Source: Bacteroidales bacterium (GTDB lineage: Bacteria; Bacteroidota; Bacteroidia; Bacteroidales; P3). From it: DNA of 64,000 nucleotides. This document shows positions 27,354 through 36,919 of the stretch, one piece after another. How positions within the stretch are numbered: the stretch's first letter is position 1; each line of letters begins with the position of its first letter. A program made the position numbers and the translations under genes. The DNA lies in the NCBI GenBank assembly GCA_017443265.1, contig JAFSOU010000015.1, positions 399 through 64,398 on the forward strand, read 5' to 3'. Below the pieces are notes generated by a model. It did not search any database. It was not told the DNA's origin and saw nothing but the letters and a program-made list of their open reading frames with translations.

Positions 27354-28370
27354 TCAGTTATCTGTTTTGTTTGTAACTATCTTTCCGTGAACAAACGGAT
27401 TATTCTTGTTTTTAGTACTTACAATACTGATATTCAGTTCGTAACCGATAAGCAGTATCATGCAGCTGAGCTGAATCCACAACATCACTATTATCAGCGT
27501 TCCGATGGAGCCGTAGAGGGCGTTGTATTTGGAGAAATTCTCGATATACAGGCGGAAACCGGCAGTAACAAGGAAGAAAAGCACTGTGGACAGGGTGGCT
27601 CCTGCCGAAAAGAAGTTGAGCCGCTGTTTTTTCACCGGCGCCACGTAGTAAATCGACGAGATTACGCCCAAGCCTATGGCTATCATCAAAAGCCACCTGC
27701 CTATGCTAAGCACGTAATACCAGAAATTCACCGCCAGAAGGTCCTGCGAAAGCAGGTAAGCCATAAAATGCTTGTAGCCCATCATGACGGTAAGTACCAC
27801 TGCCACAAGCACAAACAGCAGGAAAACAAGGTACAGGCACAGCAGTTTGCGTTTCACAAACGAGCGCGTCTCTATTATGTTCATCGACTGGTTAAAAGCC
27901 TGCATTATGGAGTCCATACCGTTGACGGACACCACAATAGTTCCCAAGAAACCCACCGAAAGCAGCACGTTGTGTTTGTGCGTAAGTATCTCGTCCATAG
28001 TGTTTATCACCTTGGCGTAGACATCGGCAGGCAGCATCTCGTTGAGGGCGGCATACAGCTCGTTGATAATGCCCTGAATGGGGAAATAGGGCAAAAGCGA
28101 GAACAGGAACAGCAGCAGCGGGAACAGCGCCAGAAAAAACGAGAAAGCCATTGCCTTGGCGCGGTTGGCTATGGATTCTTTGAGCAGGTTACGGATAAAA
28201 AAGTCGAGCACATCGAAAATGGGCACACCCTGAAAACCGGGCAACGTAATCTGCCTTATCAGATGCAGAAACTTGCGCACCGGCCGCTTGTAGAGCAGCT
28301 TGCGGGGGAGTTTTTGGAAATACTCCACCACGCTTTCTTTGCGCTTTTTCAACTTTTCTATCCTTTTCAT
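27354..28370 (-). CDS. YihY/BrkB family membrane protein
   Basis: Polytopic protein, 338 aa, with ...ANRAKAMAFSFFLALFPLLLF... and ...YGSIGTLIIVMLWIQLSCMILLIGYELN... typical of the YihY family. Confidence 0.8.
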   Translation of the reverse strand: MKRIEKLKKRKESVVEYFQKLPRKLLYKRPVRKFLHLIRQITLPGFQGVPIFDVLDFFIRNLLKESIANRAKAMAFSFFLALFPLLLFLFSLLPYFPIQGIINELYAALNEMLPADVYAKVINTMDEILTHKHNVLLSVGFLGTIVVSVNGMDSIMQAFNQSMNIIETRSFVKRKLLCLYLVFLLFVLVAVVLTVMMGYKHFMAYLLSQDLLAVNFWYYVLSIGRWLLMIAIGLGVISSIYYVAPVKKQRLNFFSAGATLSTVLFFLVTAGFRLYIENFSKYNALYGSIGTLIIVMLWIQLSCMILLIGYELNISIVSTKNKNNPFVHGKIVTNKTDN

Positions 28371-28373
28371 GGC

Positions 28374-29213
28374 TTAGACCACGAGGCTAATATCCAGACT
28401 TTTAATATGATGCGTCAGCGCGCCGACGGAGATGTAGTCCACCCCGCTTTCGGCATATTGCAGAAGGGTTTTGTCGGTAATTCCACCCGAAGCCTCGGTT
28501 TCGTAGCGTCCGCCGATGATGGCCACAGCCTCTTTCAGGAGCTCGGGCGTGAAATTGTCGAGCATAATGCGCTGCACGTTGCCCACGGCCAGCACACGAC
28601 GCAGCTCGTCGAGGTTGCGCACCTCTATCTCTATTTTGAGGTTTTTGCCCTTGGCCTTGAGGTAGTCGTTGGTTTTGGCGATGGCTTTCTCGATGCCTCC
28701 GGCAAAGTCGATATGGTTGTCTTTCAGCATTATCATGTCGTAAAGACCGAAACGGTGGTTCTCGCCGCCACCGGTTTTCACGGCATATTTTTCGAAAATG
28801 CGCAGGTTGGGCGTTGTTTTGCGGGTGTCGAGGAGTTTGGTGTGCATGCCCTTCAGCATGTCGGTCATAGCATGGGTTTGGGTGGCTATGCCGCTCATAC
28901 GCTGCATAAAGTTGAGGGCGGTGCGCTCGGCGGTGAGTATCGAGCCGGAGGGGCCTTCCACCGTCAGTATCAGGTCGCCTTTGGCAACGGCGTCGCCGTC
29001 GGATTTGAAGGTGGTAACCACCAGCGAGGGGTCCACCAGTTCGAACACACGTTTTCCCACCGGAATGCCACAAATAATTCCGTCGGCTTTGGCTATCATA
29101 CGCGCTTTGCCACGGTTGTCGGGCGAAATGCAGGCCAATGTGCTGTGGTCGCCGTCGCCGATATCCTCGCGGAGGGCCGACAGTATCACAGGATCCATAT
29201 CACTGTTTTTCAT
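28374..29213 (-). CDS. nadC: Nicotinate-nucleotide diphosphorylase (carboxylating)
   Basis: LREDIGDGDHST..., RTALNFMQRMSGIAT, LLDTRKTTPNLR and IMLKDNH motifs of QPRTase. Confidence 0.95.
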   Translation of the reverse strand: MKNSDMDPVILSALREDIGDGDHSTLACISPDNRGKARMIAKADGIICGIPVGKRVFELVDPSLVVTTFKSDGDAVAKGDLILTVEGPSGSILTAERTALNFMQRMSGIATQTHAMTDMLKGMHTKLLDTRKTTPNLRIFEKYAVKTGGGENHRFGLYDMIMLKDNHIDFAGGIEKAIAKTNDYLKAKGKNLKIEIEVRNLDELRRVLAVGNVQRIMLDNFTPELLKEAVAIIGGRYETEASGGITDKTLLQYAESGVDYISVGALTHHIKSLDISLVV

Positions 29214-29283
29214 ATCTTTACAGTATTATTTTTTGTCAAAAACAATAATTTACAAGCCCTTTTTTACAAAAAAAAAGCCTTTG

Positions 29284-29291
29284 CAAAGATA
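29284..29291 (-). promoter_or_regulatory. Bacteroidota -7 promoter box (TAtcTTTG) upstream of nadC
   Basis: Plus-strand caaagata is tatctttg on the minus strand, about 70 nt upstream of the nadC ATG. Confidence 0.45.
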
Positions 29292-29518
29292 CCAAAAAAA
29301 AATGAGATATGCAACTTTTTCTTTTTGCGTTTTTTCGAGCAGACACAGTGGTTCGTTTTCACACTTGCGGCGATATTTTCGAGGCCATAGTTTTTTTTCC
29401 GCAAAATGAAGAAAAAAAATGATTGTCCACCAATAATACAGAGCTCCGCAATCCGTGTATATTGGTGCCATCCGTGTCCAAAAATAAATAAGAGTATGTA
29501 AAAGTCATTTTTTTTGTG

Positions 29519-29526
29519 TAAATTTG
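29519..29526 (+). promoter_or_regulatory. Bacteroidota -7 promoter box (TAaaTTTG)
   Basis: taaatttg lies 74 nt upstream of the ATG at 29600. Confidence 0.45.
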
Positions 29527-29599
29527 CAGAATAGCAGAAAAATGTCGCAAAGAGCTCAACTTTCTGTTAGTCAATCATTAACACAAACACAATATCGTT

Positions 29600-30685
29600 A
29601 TGAAGATAAATGCTTTCGTCGCCGTACTGGCCACCTTGTTAGCAGTGAACACATTGCAAGCCCAGACCACAAAGGTTTCCGGCAAAATATCGGGTAGCAC
29701 CCCATGCGAAAAGATAGTGGTGAACTCCGTTGACGGCAACAAACTGGTGCCGCTGCAAACAGTAGAACTGAAAAACGGGACTTACAATTTTGAGATAGAC
29801 AACGCCAACAAACACCTTCTGCTGCTGCAATTCATGCCTTCGCAACAATCTTCGTACGCCATATACGAGCCGAAAGCGACAATAGTGGTAGACTACAACC
29901 TCGGCCAGTCAGTGCTGATAAACAACGTTAAATCGTCGGAAGAGATGCTGCTCTACAAAAAGTTCCTCGATATGAACGAGCCTGTGGAAGCCCTCAACCG
30001 CGAGTACCAGACAGCCAACGATGCTCGCCGCCGCGAGATCCAAAACGCTTTCGAGACCATGGTGCCCGCCACCTTCGACCAGATAGAAAAGCTGCTCTCC
30101 AACAACAAAAACCGACTTTTCAGCGCACTGCTGGTTACTTTCTTCGAAAACCAGTTCGACACCTACGCCCCACTCTACCGCGACGTGCGCGACGCGCTTA
30201 TCAAAGATTATCCCAACGACCAGATGGTGAAATACATCGACCAGAAACTGAAATCGGTGATGCTGCCCGGCACCCCTGCCCCCGACATAGAGATGAAATC
30301 GCCGGAAGGCAAAACCCTCAAGCTCAGCGACCTGCACGGCAAAGTGGTGCTGCTCGACTTCTGGGCATCGTGGTGCCGCCCCTGCCGCAACGAAAACCCC
30401 AACGTGGTGAAGCTTTACAACAAATACCAGTCCATGGGATTCGACATTTTCAGCGTTTCCATGGACCGCGACCGCAACGCATGGACACAAGCCATCAAAA
30501 ACGACGGACTGGTGTGGCCCAACCACGTGAGCGACTTGCAGGGCTGGACCTCGTCGGGCGGTGCCGCCTACGGCATCACATCCATTCCCGCCACCGTGCT
30601 TATCGACAGGGAAGGACGCATTATCGCCCGCAACTTGAGAGGCGCCGATCTGGAAAACAAACTAAAAGAAATCTTCGGAAAATAA
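29600..30685 (+). CDS. TlpA-like thiol:disulfide oxidoreductase (AhpC/TSA-thioredoxin fold) with an N-terminal accessory domain
   Basis: Signal peptide and the WASWCRPCRNENP CxxC active site. Confidence 0.85.
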   Translation: MKINAFVAVLATLLAVNTLQAQTTKVSGKISGSTPCEKIVVNSVDGNKLVPLQTVELKNGTYNFEIDNANKHLLLLQFMPSQQSSYAIYEPKATIVVDYNLGQSVLINNVKSSEEMLLYKKFLDMNEPVEALNREYQTANDARRREIQNAFETMVPATFDQIEKLLSNNKNRLFSALLVTFFENQFDTYAPLYRDVRDALIKDYPNDQMVKYIDQKLKSVMLPGTPAPDIEMKSPEGKTLKLSDLHGKVVLLDFWASWCRPCRNENPNVVKLYNKYQSMGFDIFSVSMDRDRNAWTQAIKNDGLVWPNHVSDLQGWTSSGGAAYGITSIPATVLIDREGRIIARNLRGADLENKLKEIFGK

Positions 30686-30707
30686 CAACAACAAAGGCTG
30701 TAAAATA

Positions 30708-31535
30708 ATGAAACAGAAATTATTTTTTGCTCTTTTGACACTTTCGGCACTCGTAGCCAAAGCACAATACCCAATCGAGGCCGAGACCGACACCGTGAAG
30801 AGCGACACCGTGGCCGCCAAACCCGTCGACACCAACATCATCACCATCACCCTCAACGAGCTCACTTTCGAGATGGTGAAAGTGAAAGGCGGCACCTTCA
30901 CCATGGGCTGCAAAAACAGCAAGGACAAGGACTGCTACGAAAACGAATACCCCGCCCACGAAGTTACCGTGGACGATTTCGCCATTGGCAAATTCGAGGT
31001 GACGCAGGACATCTGGAAAGCCGTGATGGGCTACAACCCCTCCAAATGGAAACACGACAGCCTGCCCGTGGAACGCGTTAGCTGGGACACAATACAGACT
31101 TTCATCAACAAACTAAACCGTCTTACGGGACGCAATTTCCGTCTGCCCACCGAGGCCGAATGGGAATACGCCGCACGAGGGGGCGAAAAAAGCAAGAACT
31201 ATAAATACGCCGGCTGCAACCAAGACCTCGGCTCGTACGGATGGTACGGCCCCAACGCCAACTCGCACACCCACAAGGTGGGACAGAAGAAACCCAACGA
31301 GCTGGGACTCTACGACATGAGCGGCAACGTGTGGGAGTGGTGCAGCGACTACCTCGGACCCTACACAAAAAACTCACAGGACAACCCCAAAGGTCCGCGC
31401 CACGGCGAGGAACGCATTCTTAAAGGCGGCTGCTATACAAGTCCTACCCGCGGCTGCCGCATCACCGACCGCTGCAACTACAACCCGCAACTCGGTTACA
31501 GCTACTACGGCTTCCGTCTGGTGCTGATTCCGTAA
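30708..31535 (+). CDS. Formylglycine-generating enzyme (SUMF1/FGE-sulfatase) family protein, secreted
   Basis: Signal MKQKLFFALLTLSALVAKAQ, then FRLPTEAEWEYAARGG..., NVWEWCSDY and ...LKGGCY... motifs of the FGE fold. Confidence 0.85.
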   Translation: MKQKLFFALLTLSALVAKAQYPIEAETDTVKSDTVAAKPVDTNIITITLNELTFEMVKVKGGTFTMGCKNSKDKDCYENEYPAHEVTVDDFAIGKFEVTQDIWKAVMGYNPSKWKHDSLPVERVSWDTIQTFINKLNRLTGRNFRLPTEAEWEYAARGGEKSKNYKYAGCNQDLGSYGWYGPNANSHTHKVGQKKPNELGLYDMSGNVWEWCSDYLGPYTKNSQDNPKGPRHGEERILKGGCYTSPTRGCRITDRCNYNPQLGYSYYGFRLVLIP

Positions 31536-31573
31536 ATTTCGAAGGCAAAAACGCCTCAGAACACCATAAAAAA

Positions 31574-31605
31574 GCATCCGTGGCAACCCGCTTCGGATGT
31601 TTTTG
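31574..31605 (+). terminator. Rho-independent terminator
   Basis: Stem gcatccg...cggatgt followed by tttttg. Confidence 0.55.
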
Positions 31606-31682
31606 TTTACATACAAAGCACTGAAAAATAAAATATTAGAATAATTGTTGCAAAAAATTTAGGATAAACCGAAAAAAAGTTG

Positions 31683-31690
31683 TATCTTTG
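31683..31690 (+). promoter_or_regulatory. Bacteroidota -7 promoter box (TAtcTTTG) for tRNA-Ser
   Basis: tatctttg lies 17 nt upstream of the mature tRNA 5' end. Confidence 0.6.
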
Positions 31691-31706
31691 CAAACCGAAA
31701 AAAAAC

Positions 31707-31794
31707 GGAAAGGTGCAGGAGTGGTTGAACTGGCCCGCCTGGAAAGCGAGTAAGCGTCAAAAGCGCTTCAAGGGTTCGAATCCCTTCCTTTCCG
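31707..31794 (+). tRNA. tRNA-Ser (anticodon GGA), class II with a long variable arm
   Basis: Hand-folded. The acceptor stem GGAAAGG pairs with CCTTTCC. The anticodon loop is CTGGAAA. The variable-arm stem is AAGCG/CGCTT. The T-arm is AAGGG-TTCGAAT-CCCTT. The discriminator is G. Confidence 0.9.
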
Positions 31795-31800
31795 CAAAGA

Positions 31801-31831
31801 AAATCCCGATTGAAAAATCGGGATTTTTTTA
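31801..31831 (+). terminator. Rho-independent terminator after tRNA-Ser
   Basis: atcccgat-tgaaaa-atcgggat followed by ttttttt. Confidence 0.8.
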
Positions 31832-31854
31832 TTCCAACACATTATATATTATAA

Positions 31855-31888
31855 CAAAAAATGTGGGGGCGGCAATACGTCCCCACAT
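31855..31888 (-). terminator. Rho-independent terminator after ackA
   Basis: The 8-bp stem atgtgggg pairs with ccccacat (31861..31888). A U-run follows on the minus strand (plus-strand A-run 31855..31860). Confidence 0.7.
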
Positions 31889-31914
31889 TTATATATGACA
31901 ACCCTGAATTCGGA

Positions 31915-33120
31915 TTATTTTACAAGGTTGTATGTATCGCTTGCGATAACGTATTCCTCGTCGGTGGTAACCACGATGGCTGCAACCGGGGAGTCGGGTG
32001 TAGAGATAACTCCGTCCTCGCCGGCAGTCTTGTCGTTGAGCTCCATATCAACTTTGATGCCGAGGCACTCCATGTTTTCCAGTATGGGGTGACGCATAAA
32101 CCAAGCGTTCTCGCCAATGCCACCGGTGAACAGAACTATGTCGCAGCCCCCCATCTCGGCGATGTATGCTCCGATATATTTCTTCACTCTCTGTGCAAAC
32201 ATGTCGAAAGCGTAGGTGCAGCGTTCGTCGCCAGCGTCGCGGCCGGCACGTATGTCGCGCATGTCCTGTTTGCCACCGCTGATGCCCACAAGTCCGCATT
32301 TCTTGTTAAGCATAGTTACTATGTCCTTCCAAGTCTTGCCGTTGGCCAGTTCTTTCTCGAAAAGGAACTGCAGGGCGCCAGGGTCCACGTCGCCGGGACG
32401 GGAGCCCATGATAAGGCCTTCCAGAGGAGTCATACCCATGGTGGTGTCAACCGATTTGCCATGGTCGATGGCTGCTATGGAAGCGCCGCTGCCGAGGTGA
32501 CAGCTAACTATCTTGAGGTCTTTCCAGTCTTTGCCAATCATCTTGGCGGCTTTCTCGGCTACATATTTGTGGCTGGTGCCGTGGAAACCGTAGCGGCGTA
32601 TGCCGTATTTTTCGTAGTATTCGTAAGGCAGGCCGTAGAGATACGATTTCGGGGGCAGTGTGCTATGGAAAGCGGTGTCGAACACCACAGCCTGTTTCAC
32701 ATTGGGCAGCACATTTTGCATGGCGTAGATACCTGCAAGGTTGCCGGGGGTGTGCAGCGGGGCGAGGTCGGTGAGGGATTTGATTTTCTCGATAACGTCG
32801 TCGCTAACGAGGCAGCTGCCTTTGAACAGCTCGCCGCCGTGTGCCACGCGGTTACCAACGGCACCAATCTCGTTGAGGTCCTTGATAACGCCAATTTCGG
32901 GGTCGGTAAGTGCGTTGAGCACTATTTTGATACCTGCTGTGTGGTCGGGGATGGGGAGCTGCTCGTAGTGCTTCTCGCCATGGTATTTGTGGGTGAATTC
33001 GCCCATTTCCAAACCAATACGTTCAAGTAAACCTTTTGCCATTACGGCTGCGTTGTTGGCCATGTCTATCAACTGATATTTGATAGACGAGCTTCCGCAA
33101 TTTAAAACTAATATTTTCAT
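31915..33120 (-). CDS. ackA: Acetate kinase
   Basis: MKILVLNCGSSSIKYQL..., HRVAHGG-type (NRVAHGGELF), GFHGTSH and ...FTGGIGEN... motifs. Confidence 0.97.
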   Translation of the reverse strand: MKILVLNCGSSSIKYQLIDMANNAAVMAKGLLERIGLEMGEFTHKYHGEKHYEQLPIPDHTAGIKIVLNALTDPEIGVIKDLNEIGAVGNRVAHGGELFKGSCLVSDDVIEKIKSLTDLAPLHTPGNLAGIYAMQNVLPNVKQAVVFDTAFHSTLPPKSYLYGLPYEYYEKYGIRRYGFHGTSHKYVAEKAAKMIGKDWKDLKIVSCHLGSGASIAAIDHGKSVDTTMGMTPLEGLIMGSRPGDVDPGALQFLFEKELANGKTWKDIVTMLNKKCGLVGISGGKQDMRDIRAGRDAGDERCTYAFDMFAQRVKKYIGAYIAEMGGCDIVLFTGGIGENAWFMRHPILENMECLGIKVDMELNDKTAGEDGVISTPDSPVAAIVVTTDEEYVIASDTYNLVK

Positions 33121-33322
33121 CGTTTATGTCTAATTATTAAGTGATAACGAATTATTTTTATTCAAACTTTATATCAACAAAGATACATAATAATGATTGA
33201 AAAACCAAAAAAAGATATGATTATTTTTCAATGCTGCGCGCGAAGTGTCTGAAACAAAGGTGCGAAGCGAAACAAGTCGTCCTGCGTTGCAAAAAACAAT
33301 TGTGTACAAACCATTTTTTTCG

Positions 33323-33330
33323 TAACTTTG
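33323..33330 (+). promoter_or_regulatory. Bacteroidota -7 promoter box (TAacTTTG)
   Basis: taactttg lies 17 nt upstream of the ATG at 33347. Confidence 0.5.
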
Positions 33331-33346
33331 CAAAAAAATATTCATC

Positions 33347-34126
33347 ATGCCAACAGCTCTCATACTCTCAGGTCTGGCCATACTGCCCGTGGTGTTGCTC
33401 TCTATTTACGTTTACCGCAAGGACAAGTTCGGGAAGGAACCTTTCGGGATGTTGCTCAAGACATTTGTTTTCGGTTGTCTGTCGGTAATTCCGGCCATAT
33501 TTCTGGAAGCCTTTCTGATGGGCACCTACGCAGCTTCGGCAAGCGACGGCTCGGTGCTGTTCTACAGTCTGTACCATGGCTTTGTGGTGGCGGGTTTCAG
33601 CGAGGAGCTGTGCAAGCTGCTGTTGCTAGCCATTGCCGTGTGGCGCAGCCGTCATTTCAACGAGTATTTCGACGGCATAGTGTATGCGGCCTTCCTGTCG
33701 CTCGGTTTCGCTGGGGTTGAGAATTTCGCCTACGTCTTCGGTCAGGGCGACCTTACCGCCTCGATGCACACGGCACTCCTGCGCGCCGCAGTGTCGGTGC
33801 CGGGCCATTTCCTCTTCGGCGTGGCTATGGGCTATTACTTCGCCTTGGCAAAATTCGAACCTGCCAAACGCATGTCGTACCTCGCCAAAGCACTTCTGGC
33901 ACCCATTGTACTTCACGGCACCTTCGACGCGCTGATTTTCGCTTACTCGCTCTTCTCCGACGAAATACCGCTGCTTGCAATAGCACTGTTCATATTGTTC
34001 GTGTTTTTCGACATAAAGATTTGGAAAGCCGGCAAACGCAAGCTTAACCGTTTGCAGATGAAATCGGAGGTACAGCACTGGGAAAACTACCGCTACAGCG
34101 ACAAAGCAAACAACGGGGACGAATAA
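33347..34126 (+). CDS. PrsW family intramembrane metalloprotease
   Basis: Polytopic protein with FSEELCKLL (the EExxK motif) and HFLFG... typical of PrsW. Confidence 0.8.
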   Translation: MPTALILSGLAILPVVLLSIYVYRKDKFGKEPFGMLLKTFVFGCLSVIPAIFLEAFLMGTYAASASDGSVLFYSLYHGFVVAGFSEELCKLLLLAIAVWRSRHFNEYFDGIVYAAFLSLGFAGVENFAYVFGQGDLTASMHTALLRAAVSVPGHFLFGVAMGYYFALAKFEPAKRMSYLAKALLAPIVLHGTFDALIFAYSLFSDEIPLLAIALFILFVFFDIKIWKAGKRKLNRLQMKSEVQHWENYRYSDKANNGDE

Positions 34127-34327
34127 ACACGCGTGCCCACTTTATAAAAAAACACAACGCAAAAGACGGCAAACAACACCGCACCACCTACATTCGGAAC
34201 ATCTATTTTTACACAAACGGCATCCAGAAAAAACGCTTCGCCTGCGACAACTTTTTGATTTTTACACAAATATGCGGCAACAACAAAAAAAATCAGAAAA
34301 AAAAGGCCATAATCGGAAAAAAAATCG

Positions 34328-34335
34328 TAAATTTG
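34328..34335 (+). promoter_or_regulatory. Bacteroidota -7 promoter box (TAaaTTTG)
   Basis: taaatttg lies 34 nt upstream of the ATG at 34369. Confidence 0.5.
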
Positions 34336-34368
34336 CAGCTTGTTTTTAAACGAAAAAAGATTTAAAAT

Positions 34369-36498
34369 ATGGCAATAATTGGTACAATCAGAAAACACTC
34401 GGGAATAGCTGTGGCAGTGGTAGGTATAGCTATCATAGCCTTCATTATCGGCGACGTTTTCAAACGTCAGTCCAACATACCCGATTTAGCAAAAATTGAC
34501 GGAGAAACAATTCTGAACAACACTTTTGACGCGAAGGTGAAAGAAACCGAAGAACGCTACAAAAGACAAAGCGGCAAGGAACAGCTTTCGAACGACGAAT
34601 CGTTCCAGCTCCGCGAACAGGTTTGGAACGAGATGCTCGAAGAGAAAATACTGGGCAAACAGTACGAGAAATTAGGCATCACCGTTACCGAAAAAGAGAT
34701 GAACGACATGTTTGTAGGCGAATTCATCCACCCCTACCTCCGCCAGATACCCGCTTTCAACGACCCCAACACCGGCCAGTACAACGCCCAAGGCGTGGCA
34801 CAGTTCTTACGCAATTTCGACCAAAGATCCGACGAGGAAAAACAGACTTGGCTCGACATCGAGACCTACGTCCGCCAGTCGCGCATCCTTGAGAAATACA
34901 ACCTCCTGCTGAGCCGCAGTTTCTACACACCCAAGGCTATGGGCTCGCAAATTGCCGCACTCGGCGCCAACGATGTTGACGCCCGCGTTGTGGCTCTCTC
35001 TGTACAAACAGTGAAAGACGAAGAAGTTAAGGTTACCGACGATGACCTCAAAAAATTCTACGAGAAAAACAAAAACATGTTCAAACAGGATGACGCCCGC
35101 GACATCGATTTCATCCAGTTCGCCGTTATCCCCACCCAGAAAGACATGGACGACATAGCCGACAGCGTTGGACGTATATGGACAGAATTCCAGACTCAGG
35201 AAGATGAGTACATCGGCAGCTACGTGAACCAAGTGTCGGACCGCTGGTACGACTCAACTTTCTCGAAAGCCTCCGCTTTTGCCGAATATATGGGCCTCGA
35301 CAGCGCCATCGAAAGAACAGCACAAGGCGGCTTTGTTCAGCCAATGCTCACCAACCAGACATGGGTGATGGCCAAAGTGCTTAAAGTGGAGATGCGTCCC
35401 GACAGCCTCAGAGCATCCGCCATCCACATCCTCAACAACAAAGTGGGAGAAGGCGTTACCCGCAGCGAATCCGAAGCCGCTTCACTCGCCGACAGCGTTG
35501 AAGCCCTTGTAAAATCCGGCAAAATGCCCTTCGAAGAAGCTGTGCAGCAGTTCTCCGACGACCCGCAGAAAAACGAAACCTTCGGCGACCTCAATTGGAC
35601 CGCCGACGGCAATATGGGATTCCTCAACGAAAAGATTGTAGAGACTCCCGTGGGCGGCATTTTCAAATACGAACGCCCCGACAAACTCGGATATATGATT
35701 GTAAAAGTTACCGGCAAAACTCCCGAAAACAAGAAATACCGCGTAGCCCTCATCACCCGCAGAATAGAGGCCAGCAGCGGCACCTACGAGGCAGCCTACG
35801 ACAAAGCCAACAAATTCCTTGCAAACTGCGCCAACCACGACCAGTTCATCTCCCTTGCACAAAGCGAGAACCTGATGGTGCGCAACGCCGACTTCACCCC
35901 CTCCAACGTGAAATCGCTGCAAGGCGTTAGCGAAGCTCGCGAGATAGTTCGCTGGGCTTTCAACGAAGAACGCAAAGAAGGCGACGTGTCGGAAACCGTT
36001 TACGAATCGGACAACAACTACATAGTGGCATCGCTGAAAACCATCCGCAAAAAAGGCATAGCCACCTTCGAACAGGTACGCTCCTATATCGAACCTCAGG
36101 TGCGCAACGAAAAGAAAGTGGAACTCCTCGCCGAAAAAGCCGAGAAAGCACTTGCCTCCAACAAGGACATCGACAATTTCGCCGCTCAAATGCAAGCCAC
36201 TGTCGACAGCGTAACAGACATAAACTTCAACAGCTACAGTTTCGGAATGTACGGCCCCGAAATGACAGCCCTCGGCAAAACAGCAACCGCCAAAAAGACC
36301 GGAATGATGAAACCGATAAAAGGCACCTACGGCGTTTATGTGGTATGCGTTGACGCTATCACCCCCCGCGCCGAACAAATCGACGGAGCATTGATGGCAC
36401 AACAGATGGAGATGGAAAGCACACAGAAACTGCGCTCGCTGTTCAACGTGCTTAAAGACCGCGCCAAAATCGTTGACAACAGAATAGTATTCTATTGA
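34369..36498 (+). CDS. PpiD/SurA-like periplasmic chaperone (peptidyl-prolyl isomerase family), membrane anchored
   Basis: N-terminal anchor MAIIGTIRKHSGIAVAVVGIAIIAFIIGDVF and a 709-aa SurA_N-like layout. Confidence 0.75.
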   Translation: MAIIGTIRKHSGIAVAVVGIAIIAFIIGDVFKRQSNIPDLAKIDGETILNNTFDAKVKETEERYKRQSGKEQLSNDESFQLREQVWNEMLEEKILGKQYEKLGITVTEKEMNDMFVGEFIHPYLRQIPAFNDPNTGQYNAQGVAQFLRNFDQRSDEEKQTWLDIETYVRQSRILEKYNLLLSRSFYTPKAMGSQIAALGANDVDARVVALSVQTVKDEEVKVTDDDLKKFYEKNKNMFKQDDARDIDFIQFAVIPTQKDMDDIADSVGRIWTEFQTQEDEYIGSYVNQVSDRWYDSTFSKASAFAEYMGLDSAIERTAQGGFVQPMLTNQTWVMAKVLKVEMRPDSLRASAIHILNNKVGEGVTRSESEAASLADSVEALVKSGKMPFEEAVQQFSDDPQKNETFGDLNWTADGNMGFLNEKIVETPVGGIFKYERPDKLGYMIVKVTGKTPENKKYRVALITRRIEASSGTYEAAYDKANKFLANCANHDQFISLAQSENLMVRNADFTPSNVKSLQGVSEAREIVRWAFNEERKEGDVSETVYESDNNYIVASLKTIRKKGIATFEQVRSYIEPQVRNEKKVELLAEKAEKALASNKDIDNFAAQMQATVDSVTDINFNSYSFGMYGPEMTALGKTATAKKTGMMKPIKGTYGVYVVCVDAITPRAEQIDGALMAQQMEMESTQKLRSLFNVLKDRAKIVDNRIVFY

Positions 36499-36556
36499 TG
36501 ACATCAACTAAATACAACTAACAAAAAGGCAGGTTGTTGAAAAACTTCCTGCTTTT

Positions 36557-36919
36557 TTGGTAACAACACACACCATGGAAAACACACGACAACAGAAAAT
36601 CGCCCGGCTGCTGCAACAAGAAATGGGCAACATTTTCCAACAGGAAACGAAAAACATCTTCGGCAACTCCATGATAACCGTCACCGAAGTACGCATAAGC
36701 CCCGACCTCTCTGTGGCCAAAGTATGGGTGAGCATATTCCCCATCGGCGGAGCCAAAAAAGAAGATGTGATGAACGCCATACACGACAACACCACCGACC
36801 TGCGCCGACGCCTCGGCCTGCGGGTGGGCAAACAGCTGCGCATCATTCCGCAGCTCACCTTTTTCCTCGACGACTCGCTGGATTACATCCAAAACATAGA
36901 AAAGCTGCTCAAACAATGA
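36557..36919 (+). CDS. rbfA: Ribosome-binding factor A
   Basis: 120 aa, with RQQKIARLLQQEMGNIFQ...ITVTEVRISPDLSVAKVWVS...LRRRLG...RIIPQLTFFLD. Confidence 0.93.
   Translation: MVTTHTMENTRQQKIARLLQQEMGNIFQQETKNIFGNSMITVTEVRISPDLSVAKVWVSIFPIGGAKKEDVMNAIHDNTTDLRRRLGLRVGKQLRIIPQLTFFLDDSLDYIQNIEKLLKQ

Noticed and set aside
27015-29390. A 791-aa plus-strand ORF antisense to the YihY/BrkB gene and nadC. The same applies to 31861..33030 antisense to ackA, 38174..39760 antisense to the TlpA-like gene, and 35482..36507 antisense to the ppiD-like gene.
   Set aside because: Each spans two or more well-supported genes, or lies opposite a conserved enzyme. The composition is typical of antisense artefacts.
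31680-31898. A 72-aa ORF overlapping tRNA-Ser, and tRNA-Ser as a possible island integration site
   Set aside because: The ORF is explained by the tRNA plus its terminator. I found no direct repeat of the tRNA 3' end, no integrase and no compositional shift next to it.
36724-36915. The upstream extension of the FtsX-like permease ORF (track start 36724)
   Set aside because: The extension runs through rbfA in a different frame and is Arg/Pro/His-rich. A canonical LolE-like N-terminus (MNLPFFVARKYLF) begins at 36916, overlapping the rbfA stop.
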